This document shows positions 14,460 to 27,738 of a stretch of 64,000 nt of DNA, in pieces. Origin of the DNA: Octopus vulgaris (taxonomy: Eukaryota); contig OX597824.1 in assembly GCA_951406725.2 (NCBI GenBank), forward strand, positions 96,038,001 to 96,102,000, read 5' to 3'. Position numbers and translations under genes: made by a program. A model generated the notes under the pieces. The model saw only the letters and a program-made list of their open reading frames with translations, had not been told where the DNA came from and ran no database searches. How positions within the stretch are numbered: position 1 is the first letter of the stretch; each line of letters begins with the position of its first letter.

Positions 14460-14809
14460 CTGCCAGAATTCAAACAGAAATAAAATTTAATATCAGCATT
14501 CATAAAGGTACAAAAGTCTACACATTAATGTTTTGAAAAATTATAAATTATACTCTTTTACTAGTTTCAGTCATTTGACTGTGGCCATGCTGGAGCACCG
14601 CCTTTTAGTCGAGCAAATCGACCCCAAGACTTACACTTTGTAAGCCTAGTACTTATTCTATCAGTCTCTTTTGCTAAACCGCTAAGTTACAGGGACATAA
14701 ACACACCAACATCGGTTGTCAAGCGATGTTGGGGGACAAACACAGACACACAAACATATAGACACACACACATACATATATATACATATATATGACAGGC
14801 CTCTTTCAG

Positions 14810-15241
14810 ATTAGCACAGACATAACAACCACTGCTATCGGGGACATGAACCGGACTTTCAAATCCAAAAGACAAATTGCTCAAATTATTGACACAACTT
14901 TGCTTAAATGCTACCTTGAAGTAAGTATATTTGGTTATTATATTTTGCAATTAAAGACCATTAAAAACTTGGTCTGTTTGTTTAGCACCAAGTTATCAAT
15001 GATAGATTAGACTTATGAATGAAGGTGTGTATCAGATATCGTTACTATATACCCATGCAGTGCCGTATAAAAGCACCCAGCACACTCTGTAAAGTGGTTG
15101 GCATTAGGAAGGGCATCCAGCTGTAGAAACCATGCCAAATCAGACTGGGATCTGCTGCAGCTGCCCAGCTTGCCAGCTCTGGTCAAATTGTCCAATCCAT
15201 GCCAGCATGGACAACGGACAATAAATGATGATGATGATGAT
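14810..15241 (+). pseudogene. Inverted partial duplicate of VPS39 exon 60027-60161 with its donor site and the following intron (source about 59605-60135)
   Basis: 14812-14920 is the reverse complement of 60027-60135 with 6 substitutions and no stop. Similarity continues through gtaagt, unique intron sequence and the adjacent SINE. Confidence 0.93.
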
Positions 15242-15390
15242 GAAAAGGACAATTCTTCTTAATATTAACACAAGCATGGCTAAGGTGAATGCATGGTTAT
15301 GTGATTGAGGATTTCACTTCCCAACCAGATGGTTTTAGGTTCAGTCCTGCTGTGAGGCACCTTGAGTAAGTGTCTTTTACTACAAGGTTG

Positions 15391-15611
15391 GGGGTGGTGG
15401 TGCTAAAAAGTCCCTAGCTTTGGGTAAAAGAAAATACAAGAGGATCAGTGAATTATGATTTTCTTCGACATGTTCCCCTCTTGGAAGCATACACTTATTG
15501 CAGCAGTCCTTCAGTTTTTCTAAGCCCTGTGAAAGAAAGCGGAAGGTTGGGCCTCCAACCAGGCCTTTCGCAATACCCTAAAAGCCAGGATCTTTTCAGC
15601 ACCCCCTCATA
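15391..15611. mobile_element. Mariner-type MITE (further copies at 20976-21200 and, partial, 63877-64000)
   Basis: TIRs of the type gggggtgctgaaaagttcctggcttt / aaagccaggaacttttcagcaccccct; TA flanks. Confidence 0.7.
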
Positions 15612-18267
15612 TAGCCCTGGGCCAACAAATGCTTTTTGAGAGTATTTGGTAGACAGAAACCATGCACAAGTCTATTACGTGTGTATGTGTGTGTGTGTGT
15701 GTGAGAGAAAGAGTGTGTGTGTCTTTGAATTTGCATTTGGTCTCCCTGCCGCCGCTTCACAGCTGGTGTTGGTTTGTTTATATCCTCTCGTAACTTAGTA
15801 CTTCAGGAACAAGGACTGATAGAATAAGTACAAGATTCTGAAATAAGTTCCAGGGGTTGATTTGTTTCATGAAACACTTACAGTCAGTGCCCCAGCATGG
15901 CCACAGTCCAATGAATGAAACAAGTAAAAAGATGGGAAAAAAGTAAGCCATTACACCCAATAACACAACCCTACTTTCCAAATATGAAAACACAGGGGGA
16001 AAAAAAAGGGAGGAAATACCTACAACTGCGACAGGTCAAACCTGCAACACCTTTAGAACAATCACAGATGTTCAGGTAGAAATGTATAATGCAGAGGGGT
16101 GGGGAAGCAAAATGATAGACAAACATGCTAAGAGCACTCACAGACAGCCCATTTGGCCCACACACCGAAAGAACAACACTGATGTACAAATCCATTATGG
16201 AGAATGCCAATCTTGTCTGGGAATCCAATCTTCCTCATCAACAAACCAAAACAAACTTCAAAGAAGAGAAAATAGCAGACTTCAGCTCACCACAGGCCAC
16301 CGACATAATGAAATAAAAATAGCCAAAATCAAAAAAAAATAAATAAATAAAAATAAATAAAAAAAAACACCTGGATATGTGAAGAGCATAATTTGTTGCC
16401 ATGGCAACTTGAAGCTACTCAGTCTCAGCCAGTGAATGACCGATAACTCTGAATCATCCAGACACATCTGCAACAACGCTACCCTACTAGCGTTTGTAGC
16501 AATTGCTCAGGAACCAAAATGTACAGGAATAATGAAAGCAGGCACCCTTCACAGGTCAAGCTTCGTTTCAAACAGTTCTCAGAGGTGGCCATTTAATTTG
16601 GCCACCAGGCAGGTGCCACTCCATATTAAAGGCATCCACCATCATTGTCATCATCTCATAGCCTCCTCACAACATGGCCTAGAAGATTTAACATGCCCCC
16701 TCCACCATCACCTCAACATGGCCTGGAAGAATGAACTGACCAGTGTGCCATGCCACTGGTCAGTTCTGCTACAAGACAGCACATTTGCTGAGAAATAAAT
16801 ACTTTAAACGGACAATGTCTGACAACAAATATATCAATTCCACAGAGCAATAATAAATCTATGACTCACTTTTTAGCAAACACTACTACAACAACAACAA
16901 TTACTAATAATCATCATCATCATCATCATTTAACGTCCGTTTTCCATGCTAGCATGGGTTGGATGGCTCAACTGGGGTCTGGGAAGCCAGGAGGCTGCAC
17001 CAGGCTCCAGTCTAATCTGGCAGAGTTTCTACACCTGGATGCCCTTCCTAATGCCAACCACTCCGTGAGTGTAGTAGGTGTTTTTTAAGGTGCCACCAGC
17101 ACAGGGGCCAGAGGAGGCTGGCAAACGGCCACGATCGGTTGGTGCTTTTACGTGTCACCGACACGGATGTCAGTCAGGCAGCGCTGGCATTGACCACGTT
17201 CGGACGGTGCTTTTAATGTGTCACCGGCACAGGTTTCTTAACTACAATTTCCATTTGATTTTTATTTTAATAATAATAATAATCCTTTCTACCATAAGGG
17301 CAAGGCCTAAAATTTGAGGGGAAGGGGCTAATCAACATAATCAACCCCAGTGTTCAACTGGTGCTTATTTTGTCAACCCCAAAATGATGAAAGGTAAATT
17401 CAGCCTTGATAGAATTTGAACTCAGAACATAAAGACAAGACGAAATGCCACTAAGCAGTTTGTCCAATGTGCTAACCATTCTGCCAGCTCAGCGCCTAAT
17501 AATTTTCTAATTTTGGTACAGGGCCAGCAGTATTAAGGTCAGAGGTTAACCAATTACATCAACCTCAGTCAGTAGTTAATTTTATCAACCCCCAAAAGGG
17601 ATGAATGGCAAAGTTGACCTTGGCAGTATTTGAGCTCAGAAGAAATGCCAGAAAGCATTTTGACCAAAGCACTAACGATTCTCCCAGCTTGCCACCAAAA
17701 AATATCTCATACTGACAGAAGGCAATAAATTCATAAGTTGAAGGGGTGTTGTGATACAGCAGACAACAGTAACGATAATTTATTGAATATGTATAAACGC
17801 TTAAGACATTAAGAGTTGGGGAAGATAAACAGGAAGTCATTATGTTAATGGTTTTCTCATCTCGTTAATAAATTCCATAAATTAGGTCCCCCAACAAAGA
17901 ATTATTCAGCAGTAAGTTCGTGTTGAGATTATCACAGACACACTCTCTAAAATATTTATTTCATACAGACTAACTTTAAGAATGACCAAACAACCCACGG
18001 TACCAAACTCACATTTACAATACTTTAACCAAAATGTAGAGTTATTCATTATCATCATCACCATCACCACCGTCACCATCATCATTTTAATGTCCACTTT
18101 TCCATGCTTGCATGGGTCAAAGTTTATTGAGGCAGATTTTCTATGATGGGATGCCTTTCCTGTCAACAACACTTACTTGTTTCCATATATATGTGTGTGT
18201 GGTTTTATGTGTTTATGTGTGCGTTGTTGTGTCTGTGTTTGTCGCCGCCACCACTCGGAAAACCAAC

Positions 18268-19990
18268 ATGTTTCCCCTGATATTCTGAAGTTTCTGTGCC
18301 ATGTTTATCTAGAAGATTCTTTTAGAAAATAAAAATATATGAAGGCACAAATGATTTATGTATCTTAAATACTGTTCCATTTTTCAGAATTATTCTTTGT
18401 TGTTGCACGTAGCTGAGTTCCTTTTTACCATTCTTGGTGTCTTAGAACACGGTTTTGGCATCTAAAATCCGCAACCCATGTTTTCACTCAGAGCAGTCAT
18501 CCCATCTATATTGTCAATAATTTAGAAATGAATGAACAGCACAGCTCACCATTGTTTTCTTTATTCTAAAAATATGAAACTGATTGTCAAATCATTATAG
18601 TAGGATTGTTTACGTCCCTATAACTTAACAGTTTGGCAAAAGAGACTGATATAATAAGTACAAGACTATTTTTTAAAAATTACTACTGAGGTTGATTCAT
18701 TCAACTAAGCTGGTGGTCCTCAACCCCCTTTTTTTTTTACCTAGGGACTCCTTTGATTACTATTTTATCTTGATATACCCCCATAACCATTCAGTGTTTA
18801 AAAACTAGTTTTATAGAAACTTCTTTCAAATTTGTTATTTTGTTCATCCCACATTCCTTTGAGTAGGCTGAACGATGCAAAATGTTAGAGAAAGAAACCC
18901 AACAGTTCCCTGCAATAAATACTCCTAAAGCAAAATTTTTTCAAGGACCCTTGACATACTACAGTGGGTCCCTGCAACTTAATATTTTACTTGCATAATA
19001 CTAAACACTATTATTTATATATTTATTTATATTTTTGTGTGACCTAATGAAGTGAGTTCATGGGTTGCAGGACGGGCTGCTGTGCTTACCTTGGATTGTA
19101 GGGTGACCTTCCGTGCTTGAGGAGACCTATTGAGTCAAATACATCAACATCAAAATAAAAATCAAATGGAAATTGTAGTTGTGATACCTGTGCAGGTGGC
19201 ATGTAAAAAGCACCATCTGAATGTGGCTGATGCCAGCGCCACCTGACTGGTGTCTGTGTCGGTGACACATAAAAAGCACCAACTGATCATGGCCATTTGC
19301 TAGCCTCCAGTGGCACGTAAAAAACACCCACTACACACTCGGAGTGGTTGGCGTTAGGAAGGGCATCCAGCTGTAGAAACACTGCTAGATCAGACTGGAG
19401 CCTGGTGCAGCCTCCTGGCTTCCCAGACCCCAGTCGAACCGTTCAACCCATGGAAAACGGACGTTAAACAATGATAATAATGATGAGACAATTTGTGTGC
19501 TCATACTGTAGATTTCTGCACGAGTCTCATCTCGTACAGCAAATTACTCGTGCAACGAGGCACTCGTACTGCGAGGCTCTACTGTGTAAGTATCAAGCAC
19601 TGAATTCCAAATTTTTAGAATGGAGGAAATGGTGGGTTGGGATGTCCAAGAAGTACAAAATATATATTTTAACGTGGCAGTGCTTGTATTTAGGAACAAT
19701 AATGGAGGCAAAAACAAACAGGAAGGCTGAGTATCTCTCTTTCATTTCCAAAGTATTGGTTGCTCCAAATAAAAACATGACTTGTGGATTTTAGATGCCA
19801 AAACCTTGTTCTAAGACACCAAGAATGGTAAAAAGGAACTCAGCTCTCTGCAACAACAACAAAGAATAATTCTGAAAAATGAACAGAATTTAAGATACAT
19901 AAATCATTTGTTCCTTCATATATTTTTATTTTCTAAAAGAACCTTCTAGATAAATATGGCACAGATACTTCAGAATATCAGGGGAAACAT
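18268..19990. mobile_element. Long-TIR non-autonomous DNA element with nested insertions
   Basis: About 215-bp inverted repeats at 18268-18484 and 19772-19990; the interior contains SINE and MITE pieces. Confidence 0.75.
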
Positions 19991-20192
19991 TTTTCTCGTA
20001 TTCTGCCCCCACCCCCTCCAAGATAACAAATTGTTATATATCTCCCTTGCAAAATACTACTAACTACTAACAGAGTCAGATTTCAGAGAGCGGTGTGTGT
20101 GTGTTTGTGTATGTATATATGTGTGTGTATGTGTATGTGTGTATATATATGTGTGTGTGTGTGTGTTATATTTATATATACACACATACATA

Positions 20193-20252
<60 letters not shown>

Positions 20253-22359
20253 TATAGATAGATAGATATGTATGTGTCATTATTGTATGCATATATATTT
20301 ATGTGTGTGTGTGTGTATATATATATACACATATATACATACTCATGCACACACACACCAATGCTGGAACATGTGTTGATATGTGTGTTTGCGTTTGGGT
20401 GTGTTTGTGCATGCGTGAATGTAAGTAGACACACACACACACACACACATGTATGTCTGTTGATTTAAGGTCATTGTTTTTACCTCTACAAAAGCATTTA
20501 AAGAGAGAGATCTGCTAATCTCAGGAGAAAATAAGGTTATCTCCTCCTAATATTAGTTACTTTATCATTCTGACACGGATTCACTCCCCACTACCACCAC
20601 CACCACCACCATAGATATATATACATGCGTGTGTGTGTGCGCACACATATATATGTACATACATGCACATACATTTATATGTATACACATAGATACTTGC
20701 ATATACATACATATATATATCTTATACATACATGCATATACATATACACATATACAAAACATATATGCACATATATATATATACAGATATACAAATATAC
20801 AAGACATATCTGCACATATATACATACATGTACACACCAATGATCCTTTATAACTAATTAATCACAGTTGCAGTGGCACCTCGTTAAGCCAAATTACCAG
20901 CTTCATTTAGAGAAAAAAAACCTACATATATAACACACACACACACATACATACGTACACACATGTACATAGGCGTATGAGGGGGTGCTGAAAGATTCCT
21001 GGCTTTGGGTGAAAGAAAACACAGGAGGATCAGTTAATCATGATTTTATTCAGCCTCTTCCTCTCTCGTATCAACACACTTATTGCAACAACGGTCCTTC
21101 AGTTTTTCAAAGTCCTAATTAAAGACCTCAGAAGGTTGGGCCTCCACCCAGACCTTTCGTGACACCCTTAAAGCCTGGAACTTTTCACTCCTACCTTCAT
21201 GTGTCAACACTCGTTGATGCTACATCGAAGAGGCCACGGAACAGAAGAAAGAAGAAGACATGCACCCAACACCAGAGCCGAAAGGGGGGGAACCCTGCCA
21301 TGTCAAAACGGTAGAGGAGTAGGGGCCGAAACCGGACGTGGTTCCTCCTGATGATGTCTTGAGCTAACTGGATCCCATAAAGGAGCTGTTGTGGTAGCAG
21401 ACCACGAAACACAGTTGAAATTCCTCCTTTATATATGTGTGTATCTATATCTATGTGTATGTATATATATATATATCCTGTGCAGGTGGCACATAAAAAG
21501 CACCCACTGCACTCCCGGAGTGGTTGGCGATAGGAAGGGCATCCAGCTGTAGAAACTCTGCCAGATCAGACTGGATCCTGGTGCAGCCCCTGGCTTCCCA
21601 GACCCCGGTCGAACCGTCCAACCCATGCTAGCGCGGAAAACGGACGTTAAACGATGATGATGATGATGATGATATATCAGGGGTGTGCAGTGATCTTTCT
21701 GGCTGGAGAAGCAATGACCAAATTTTTCTGTCACATAGATATTTGAATCAAACTGACATGTTCATATTATACAGCTATTTTTAAAATAAAAATAAAAAAT
21801 CACATTTTAAGAGTTTTCTATAATTTGAAAAAGTATAAAATATTAATTGAATAAATGCAGAAAACTCTGTGTGTGTTATCTTTCCACCATTTTTCTTATG
21901 GAAGCAGAATGTCAACTTGCTTCCCTTTTCCTATGTATTACATAAAAACGTAAGATTATATACATGTATCATAGGTATTGCAAATTGAGAGTAACTTAAT
22001 CTAAGCATATAAGTATTTATTAGCATTTAAAACTATTCGTTATCAGCTCTTACTAGAAAAAACTGTCTTTGTGGCATTTTTATCGGAAAAAAAATATATT
22101 ACACAGAAAGGGATGCAACAGCTCATGTTGCTTCCCTTGTCCAGATTTTTGGTGTAGTCTGCCACTGCTTGTCGTCTTGTGCTTAATTCCAGCAATAAAA
22201 GTCTGAAGCCTATGATGTCATGTAGTTTATATTAATTTTACAGAACATTAGAAGAACAATCTTATGAAAAATAAGTAATATAGTTTCAATTTTGTTTTAA
22301 AGGAAGCATTGCTTTCCTTGCTTCCATGGACTGCATGCCTGCACTTTATATATATATAT

Positions 22360-22748
22360 ATATATATAAAGCTGAAGTTGTCTGTGTGTGGCATGTTTGG
22401 TAGCCTTCAACTAACACTATCTCCTCTGAGACCCTGCGGTGCAAGTTGACCAAAATTGAGAGTATGATAAAAGAAGGCTTGCTCTTCATTCCATAGAAGA
22501 AAAAATTCAAATCGGACCGTGTTAACACCAAAAATTATTTACATAAAAAAAGTGCATGTTTTTCTATGAAAATCCTTATTTTTTACGATTTTTTGACTGC
22601 CGTGTCACCATTTTTCGATGTATTTCAACCAGAAAAATGTTCACTTAAAGAGAGTAACAAGCTACATAATGCAAACTTTTTACTTTTCAAAAATTCCAAT
22701 TCTAAAGGGTCGAAACAAACCTGAGCAACGCCAGGCGATACTGCTAGT
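22360..22748 (+). mobile_element. Non-autonomous Helitron-like element
   Basis: Starts in a TATATA tract, ends with a GC hairpin (cctgagcaacgccagg) followed by CTAG|T, with no TSD. Confidence 0.65.
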
Positions 22749-22749
22749 G

Positions 22750-22809
<60 letters not shown>

Positions 22810-22897
22810 GGGAGAATTCATGAAAAAACAAAACATGAAGACAGGTGGTGTAGACAACAAACAGATGTATTAGGTTAACACTCGGGAAGTGAACAAG

Positions 22898-22935
22898 TCT
22901 TTAACGTTTCGAGCCTATGCTCTTCCACAGAAAGA
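22898..22935 (-). ncRNA. Degenerate minimal hammerhead-like motif
   Basis: Minus strand reads TCTTT-CTGTGGA-A-GAGC(ATAG)GCTC-GAAAC-GTT^AAAGA. All three stems are present but core A6 is U. Confidence 0.45.
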
Positions 22936-22986
22936 AACAAGGAGAGAAAATAAAAAAATTGTGTAGTGGCTAGCGATCTATATCTA

Positions 22987-23023
<37 letters not shown>

Positions 23024-23407
23024 CTTTCTGAAAACTCTTGTTTAATGAATGTAAGATGTCGTTGCCCGTTATTTGACCCACTATATTTAACACTATATTC
23101 ATCACATACTGACAGTGACTTTGTGAAATCAGATCTCTTCATGAAAAAAAAAAGCACTTTTGGTTGGGTCGTAGCTGTTCAGTTCACATGGAAACAGTGA
23201 GCAAGTGTTCAGAAGCAATGATAACAGTACAACCTCTTGTGTGCAATTTGAAAGGCAAAGTCTGCGTTCTCAGAATATATAATGAATAACAACAAAGGTG
23301 GAGGAAGCAGCTGTGTGGCATTGTTAATTATCCCTTCACTCAATAACGAAGCAAATATCACGACCCACCTCCACTGCCTTCCTGGGCAGATTTAGGTAAA
23401 AGGAAAT

Positions 23408-23636
23408 TTAACCCTTTCGTTACTGTATTTCTGTTGAGATGCTCTGTGTTTCTATTAATTACTTTAAATATAACAAAGAATTTAGTAAAATAACTTAGTT
23501 ATCATTAAGCTAGAGTTAGGAACATAGATTGTGTCCAAGGTTTGGTGGAAGATTTTAATTCAGAACTTACGAAAACAAGACGTTTGTACTGCAGAACTAG
23601 AGGCAGTTTCAGCTGGGTTGGTAACAAAAGGGTTAA
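23408..23636. mobile_element. piggyBac-like MITE (opposite-orientation copy at 52019-52250)
   Basis: TTAA-ccctttcgttac ... gtaacaaaaggg-TTAA, i.e. TTAA target duplication and CCC..GGG termini. Confidence 0.75.
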
Positions 23637-24011
23637 ACACCTAACTGTTGTTGTTGTTGTTGTTTAGCACCCATGTGATCCCACCTTATTTTCAGGCAAT
23701 GAATCTAGGATTTCAAAAGCCAATGTGTTTTTCCAGTTTTGAGATCATCACCACCACCACCACTGCCATTACCATCATCATCATCATCATTTCCTGCAAT
23801 CTCCACCTGTGACAGAATGCACACTAACACGAGATGGCCACCTCCATAGAATGAATCCATGTTATTGGAAATACATATGTGTGTGTGTATCATCATCATC
23901 ATCATCATTGTTTAAAAATAAACTGACGAGTGTTTTTCATAGCATTGCAATTACATTACCGAGTGTACAAAATGGGTGAAGATAAAGAGATATTTTACCA
24001 TTAATTTATAG

Positions 24012-24327
24012 AGCAATAAGAAAATGGAGGGGATCAATAGGTGGTTCATCAACTTTTAGACATTATATTATGTCAATTTATTTATTTATTTACTAAACTG
24101 ACAATTACAAGAATATACATACATGTATAACATATTATGCTTTACATATAAAATATATTAATATATAAAGATACCAGTAATTATTATTAAAATGTTTTAT
24201 ATGTAAAGCATAATATGTTATACATGTATGTATATTCTTGTAATTGTCAGTTTAGTAAATAAATTGACATAATATAATGTCTAAAAGTTGATGAACCAAC
24301 TATTGATCCCCTCCATTTTCTCATTGC

Positions 24328-24328
<1 letters not shown>
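24012..24328. repeat. Foldback palindrome / hairpin MITE
   Basis: About 135-bp near-perfect inverted arms around a short AT-rich loop, adjacent to (TA)n. Confidence 0.85.
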
Positions 24329-24358
<30 letters not shown>

Positions 24359-26551
24359 CGATAAAGGATAGTAAAAGTTAGTGGACCAAACAAATACCTT
24401 CTAGTATTTGAATCCAAGCCTGTTACATCCCCCTACGCCCAATTAACTTTGTTTTTCATCCTCAACAGAGATTAATAAAACAAATAACAAATGAAACACA
24501 GAAGTCGACATAATTGAAACAAAACATAACAAAAGAAAAACCACCTTGAGCTTGGTGCTCCAGCATGGTCGAGAGCTAACCACTGAAAAGCCAGCAGAGG
24601 AACAAGAGACTACGTCACAGCCTATTACGAACTGTCTGCTAAGGATTGTTCCAACCCATCGGTAATGTCTGTGACAGTTCCACTTTGGAAATAAACCTTG
24701 ACATTCTGCTTCGTGGTGAAAAGATGCAATCAGCTGAATGTCAAGTCTGGAGAGTCTCGTATAAAATGGAATTTATGAGTAGAGAATGCCTCCCACATAG
24801 TAAAAGTTTGAAATCTGTCCAAGAGACACACAAACCGAACAATAGGGCCATCGAGAAAGCAATCCAAATGGCAGACTAGCCTAGAAATATTTGTATGTTT
24901 TATAATAAAATACATGGCAAATCTCTAATGTCAGGCATCCATTCTGTGACTCAGGTCTGAAATAGCAACAGAGAATTTGGAGATTTCTGGAGTATGTATG
25001 GAAGACAGTACACTTAATAATCAAACTGATGAAAGCCACAACATTGTTACTGTCATCATTCGACCCCCACTTTTCCATACTCTCAGGGATCAGACAGAAT
25101 CTGTTGAGACAGATTTCTCTGTGACCAAAGGCCCTTCTTTTTATCAAGCAAGGTAATATTATTCCTTGGCTGGGCTTGAAACAGACACCGTCGCTTGTAG
25201 GATGGTGATGCTCATTTACAACCATCACATGAGGTTTAGGCAATGGCACACACACACATACATACAATTGGCTTCGATGCAGTTTCCATATCTGCCTAGG
25301 ACTATAGAAAAAGACACTTGCTCAAAGTGCCATGCAGTGGAACCTTGGGCAAGAAAGAGTATCCAACTATAGAAAAATCTGTCTCAATGAATTCCAATTG
25401 TCCCTTGCAAACACAGAAAAGGGAACACTAAAAGAATGATGACAGAGCCATATTCTAGACTTATTTGGCTTCACTGTGGGATTAGGTCCCATGGTCTAAC
25501 CACATTTTCATTCAGCAGCTTCAGAAATCAATCAAAACAAATAGTTTTGCTATCCTTATGGCTTATTGGGGTTTGTTTAAAAAACCCTGAAAGAGAATCA
25601 TACATATATATATAGGTGAAGGCGTGGCTGTGTGGTAAGAAGCTTGCTTCCCAACCACATGGTTCCAGGATCAGTCCCACTGCATAGCACCTTGGGTAAG
25701 TGTCTCCTACTGTAGCCTTGGGTAGACCAAAACCTTGTGAGTGGATTTGGTAGACAGAAACTGAAAGAAGCTCATCATATATATATATATGTATAATTAG
25801 GGTTCAGCAACAAGTTGCTTAACCACATACCGAAAATTTAGATATAGCAACCAAAGACCGCTTCTTCCTATTTACTACAGATATAGCTCCACATATAACA
25901 TTTTGTGTGTGTGTGTGTGCATGTATGTATGTATGTATGTATATGTTTGTATGTGTGTCCATGTTTGTCCCTCCACCATCACTTGACAACCGATGTTGGT
26001 GTGTTTGCATCCCCTTAATGTAGCAGTTCGGCAAAAGAGGCCGATAGAATAAGTACCAGGCTTACAAAGAATAAGTCCTGGGATCAATTTGTTCAGCTAA
26101 AGGCGGTGCTCCAGCATGGCTGCAGTCAAATGAGTGAAGCAAGTAAAACAGTATATCTGATTTTCGGGCAAGTGGGACTGAACTCAAAACCGTGTGGTTG
26201 GGAAGCAAACTGCTTACCAGACAGCCACACCTGTACCTAATAATCATTTAAATAGTAATTACACTTCACACGGCAGATTTCACTTCATTTTCTCCTGCTT
26301 CAATGTTTTGGCTCATAACTGGAACCTCTTGAAATATTTTGTAATCAGCAACACTCTTATCTTTAGGCAGCCTTGAAACTTAAGACATCTTAAATTGCTT
26401 CTGGGTTGAAGTGGCGGACTACTAATGAAAACATCTTGAATTCAATCCTCATTACATCCATTAATTATTAAAGTGCTGTACAATGTGGGTTATGAATATA
26501 TACGTACAGGTGTAGATGTGTGGTTTAGAATTTCATTTCCCAACCATGTGT

Positions 26552-27193
26552 TTAACCCTTTAGCTCTCAGATTACTTTGTCAAATGTATTGCTTAGTGGA
26601 GCCCTAAGAGCACCATCCGAGTGTGATCGTTGCCAGAGCGACAAATTGGCTTCACGTAAAAAGCATCATTCAAGCATGATTGTTACCTGCATCGCCTTAC
26701 TGGCACTTGTGCTGGTGGCACGTGAAAAATAAAATTTGAGTGAGGTCATTGCCAGTGCCGCTGGACGGGCTCCGGTGCAGGTGGCACGTAAAAAGCACCA
26801 TTTGAGTGTGGCTGTTGCAAGTACCACCTGACTGGCCCTCGTGCCAGTGGCACTTTAAAAGCACCCACTACACTCTCGGAGTGGTTGGCATTAGGAAGGG
26901 CATCCAGCTGTAGAAATTCTGCCAGATCAGATTGGAGCCTGGTGCAGCCATCTGGTTTGCCAAACCTCAGTCAAATCGTCCAACCCATGGAAAGCGGATG
27001 TTAAATGATGATGATGATGTTTTGAATAAATCATACCGTTTATTATAGCTTTGAGATTTCAATGATAGGAGTATTAATTTTTATACTGATATTGTAGGGT
27101 AGGTGTGAGAAGCAGGATCTGTCCAGTTTGAACATAAAACAGGTAGAAGAATATTTTGGCCAGATATGGTCAGTTTAAATGTTAATGGGTTAA
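26552..27193. mobile_element. Second piggyBac-like MITE family with a nested (GAT)n-tailed repeat (relatives at about 2976-3125, 8750-8926, 44199-44437, 54593-54740)
   Basis: ttaaccctttagc...gggttaa ends; shared body across copies. Confidence 0.6.
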
Positions 27194-27738
27194 AGTTCAG
27201 TCCTACAGCATCATAACACTTTGGACAAGTGTTTTATGAGAAAGCTCCAGGCCGAGCAAAGCTTTTGTATAACAAAAAAAAATCTACCAATGTGTGTGTG
27301 TGTGTGTGTGTTTTGTGCCTCCTAGTGCAGACATCTCATGATAGTCGTAAATGAGTGTCACTGTCATAAAAGCAGTGTTGTTCATGTCCAGCCATGGAAA
27401 AAGATTACCTTGCTCAGAATCAGGAGAGGATTGGCAACAGAAAGGGCATCCAGCTACAGAAAAACTGCCTCAGTAATTCTTCTTGAACTTTGTAGAGGAA
27501 AGGCTGTGTGGTAAGAAGATTGCTTCCCAACATCATGGTTTAGGGTTCCGTCCTATTGTGTGGCATCTTGGGCAAGTGTCTCCTATTATAGCCCCAGGTT
27601 GACCAAAGCCTTTTAAGTGGATTTGGTAGACAGGAACTGAATGAAGCCTGTTGCATATAGATATTTATATGCATGTGTATACTTATGTAAGTGTGTGTCT
27701 GATGTATGTCTGTGACTGGTGTGAATAAAACAACTTAC

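Noticed and set aside
21200-21420. GC-richer unique island
   Set aside because: No open frame with a recognisable motif and no splice-site pair; probably an unclassified TE fragment.
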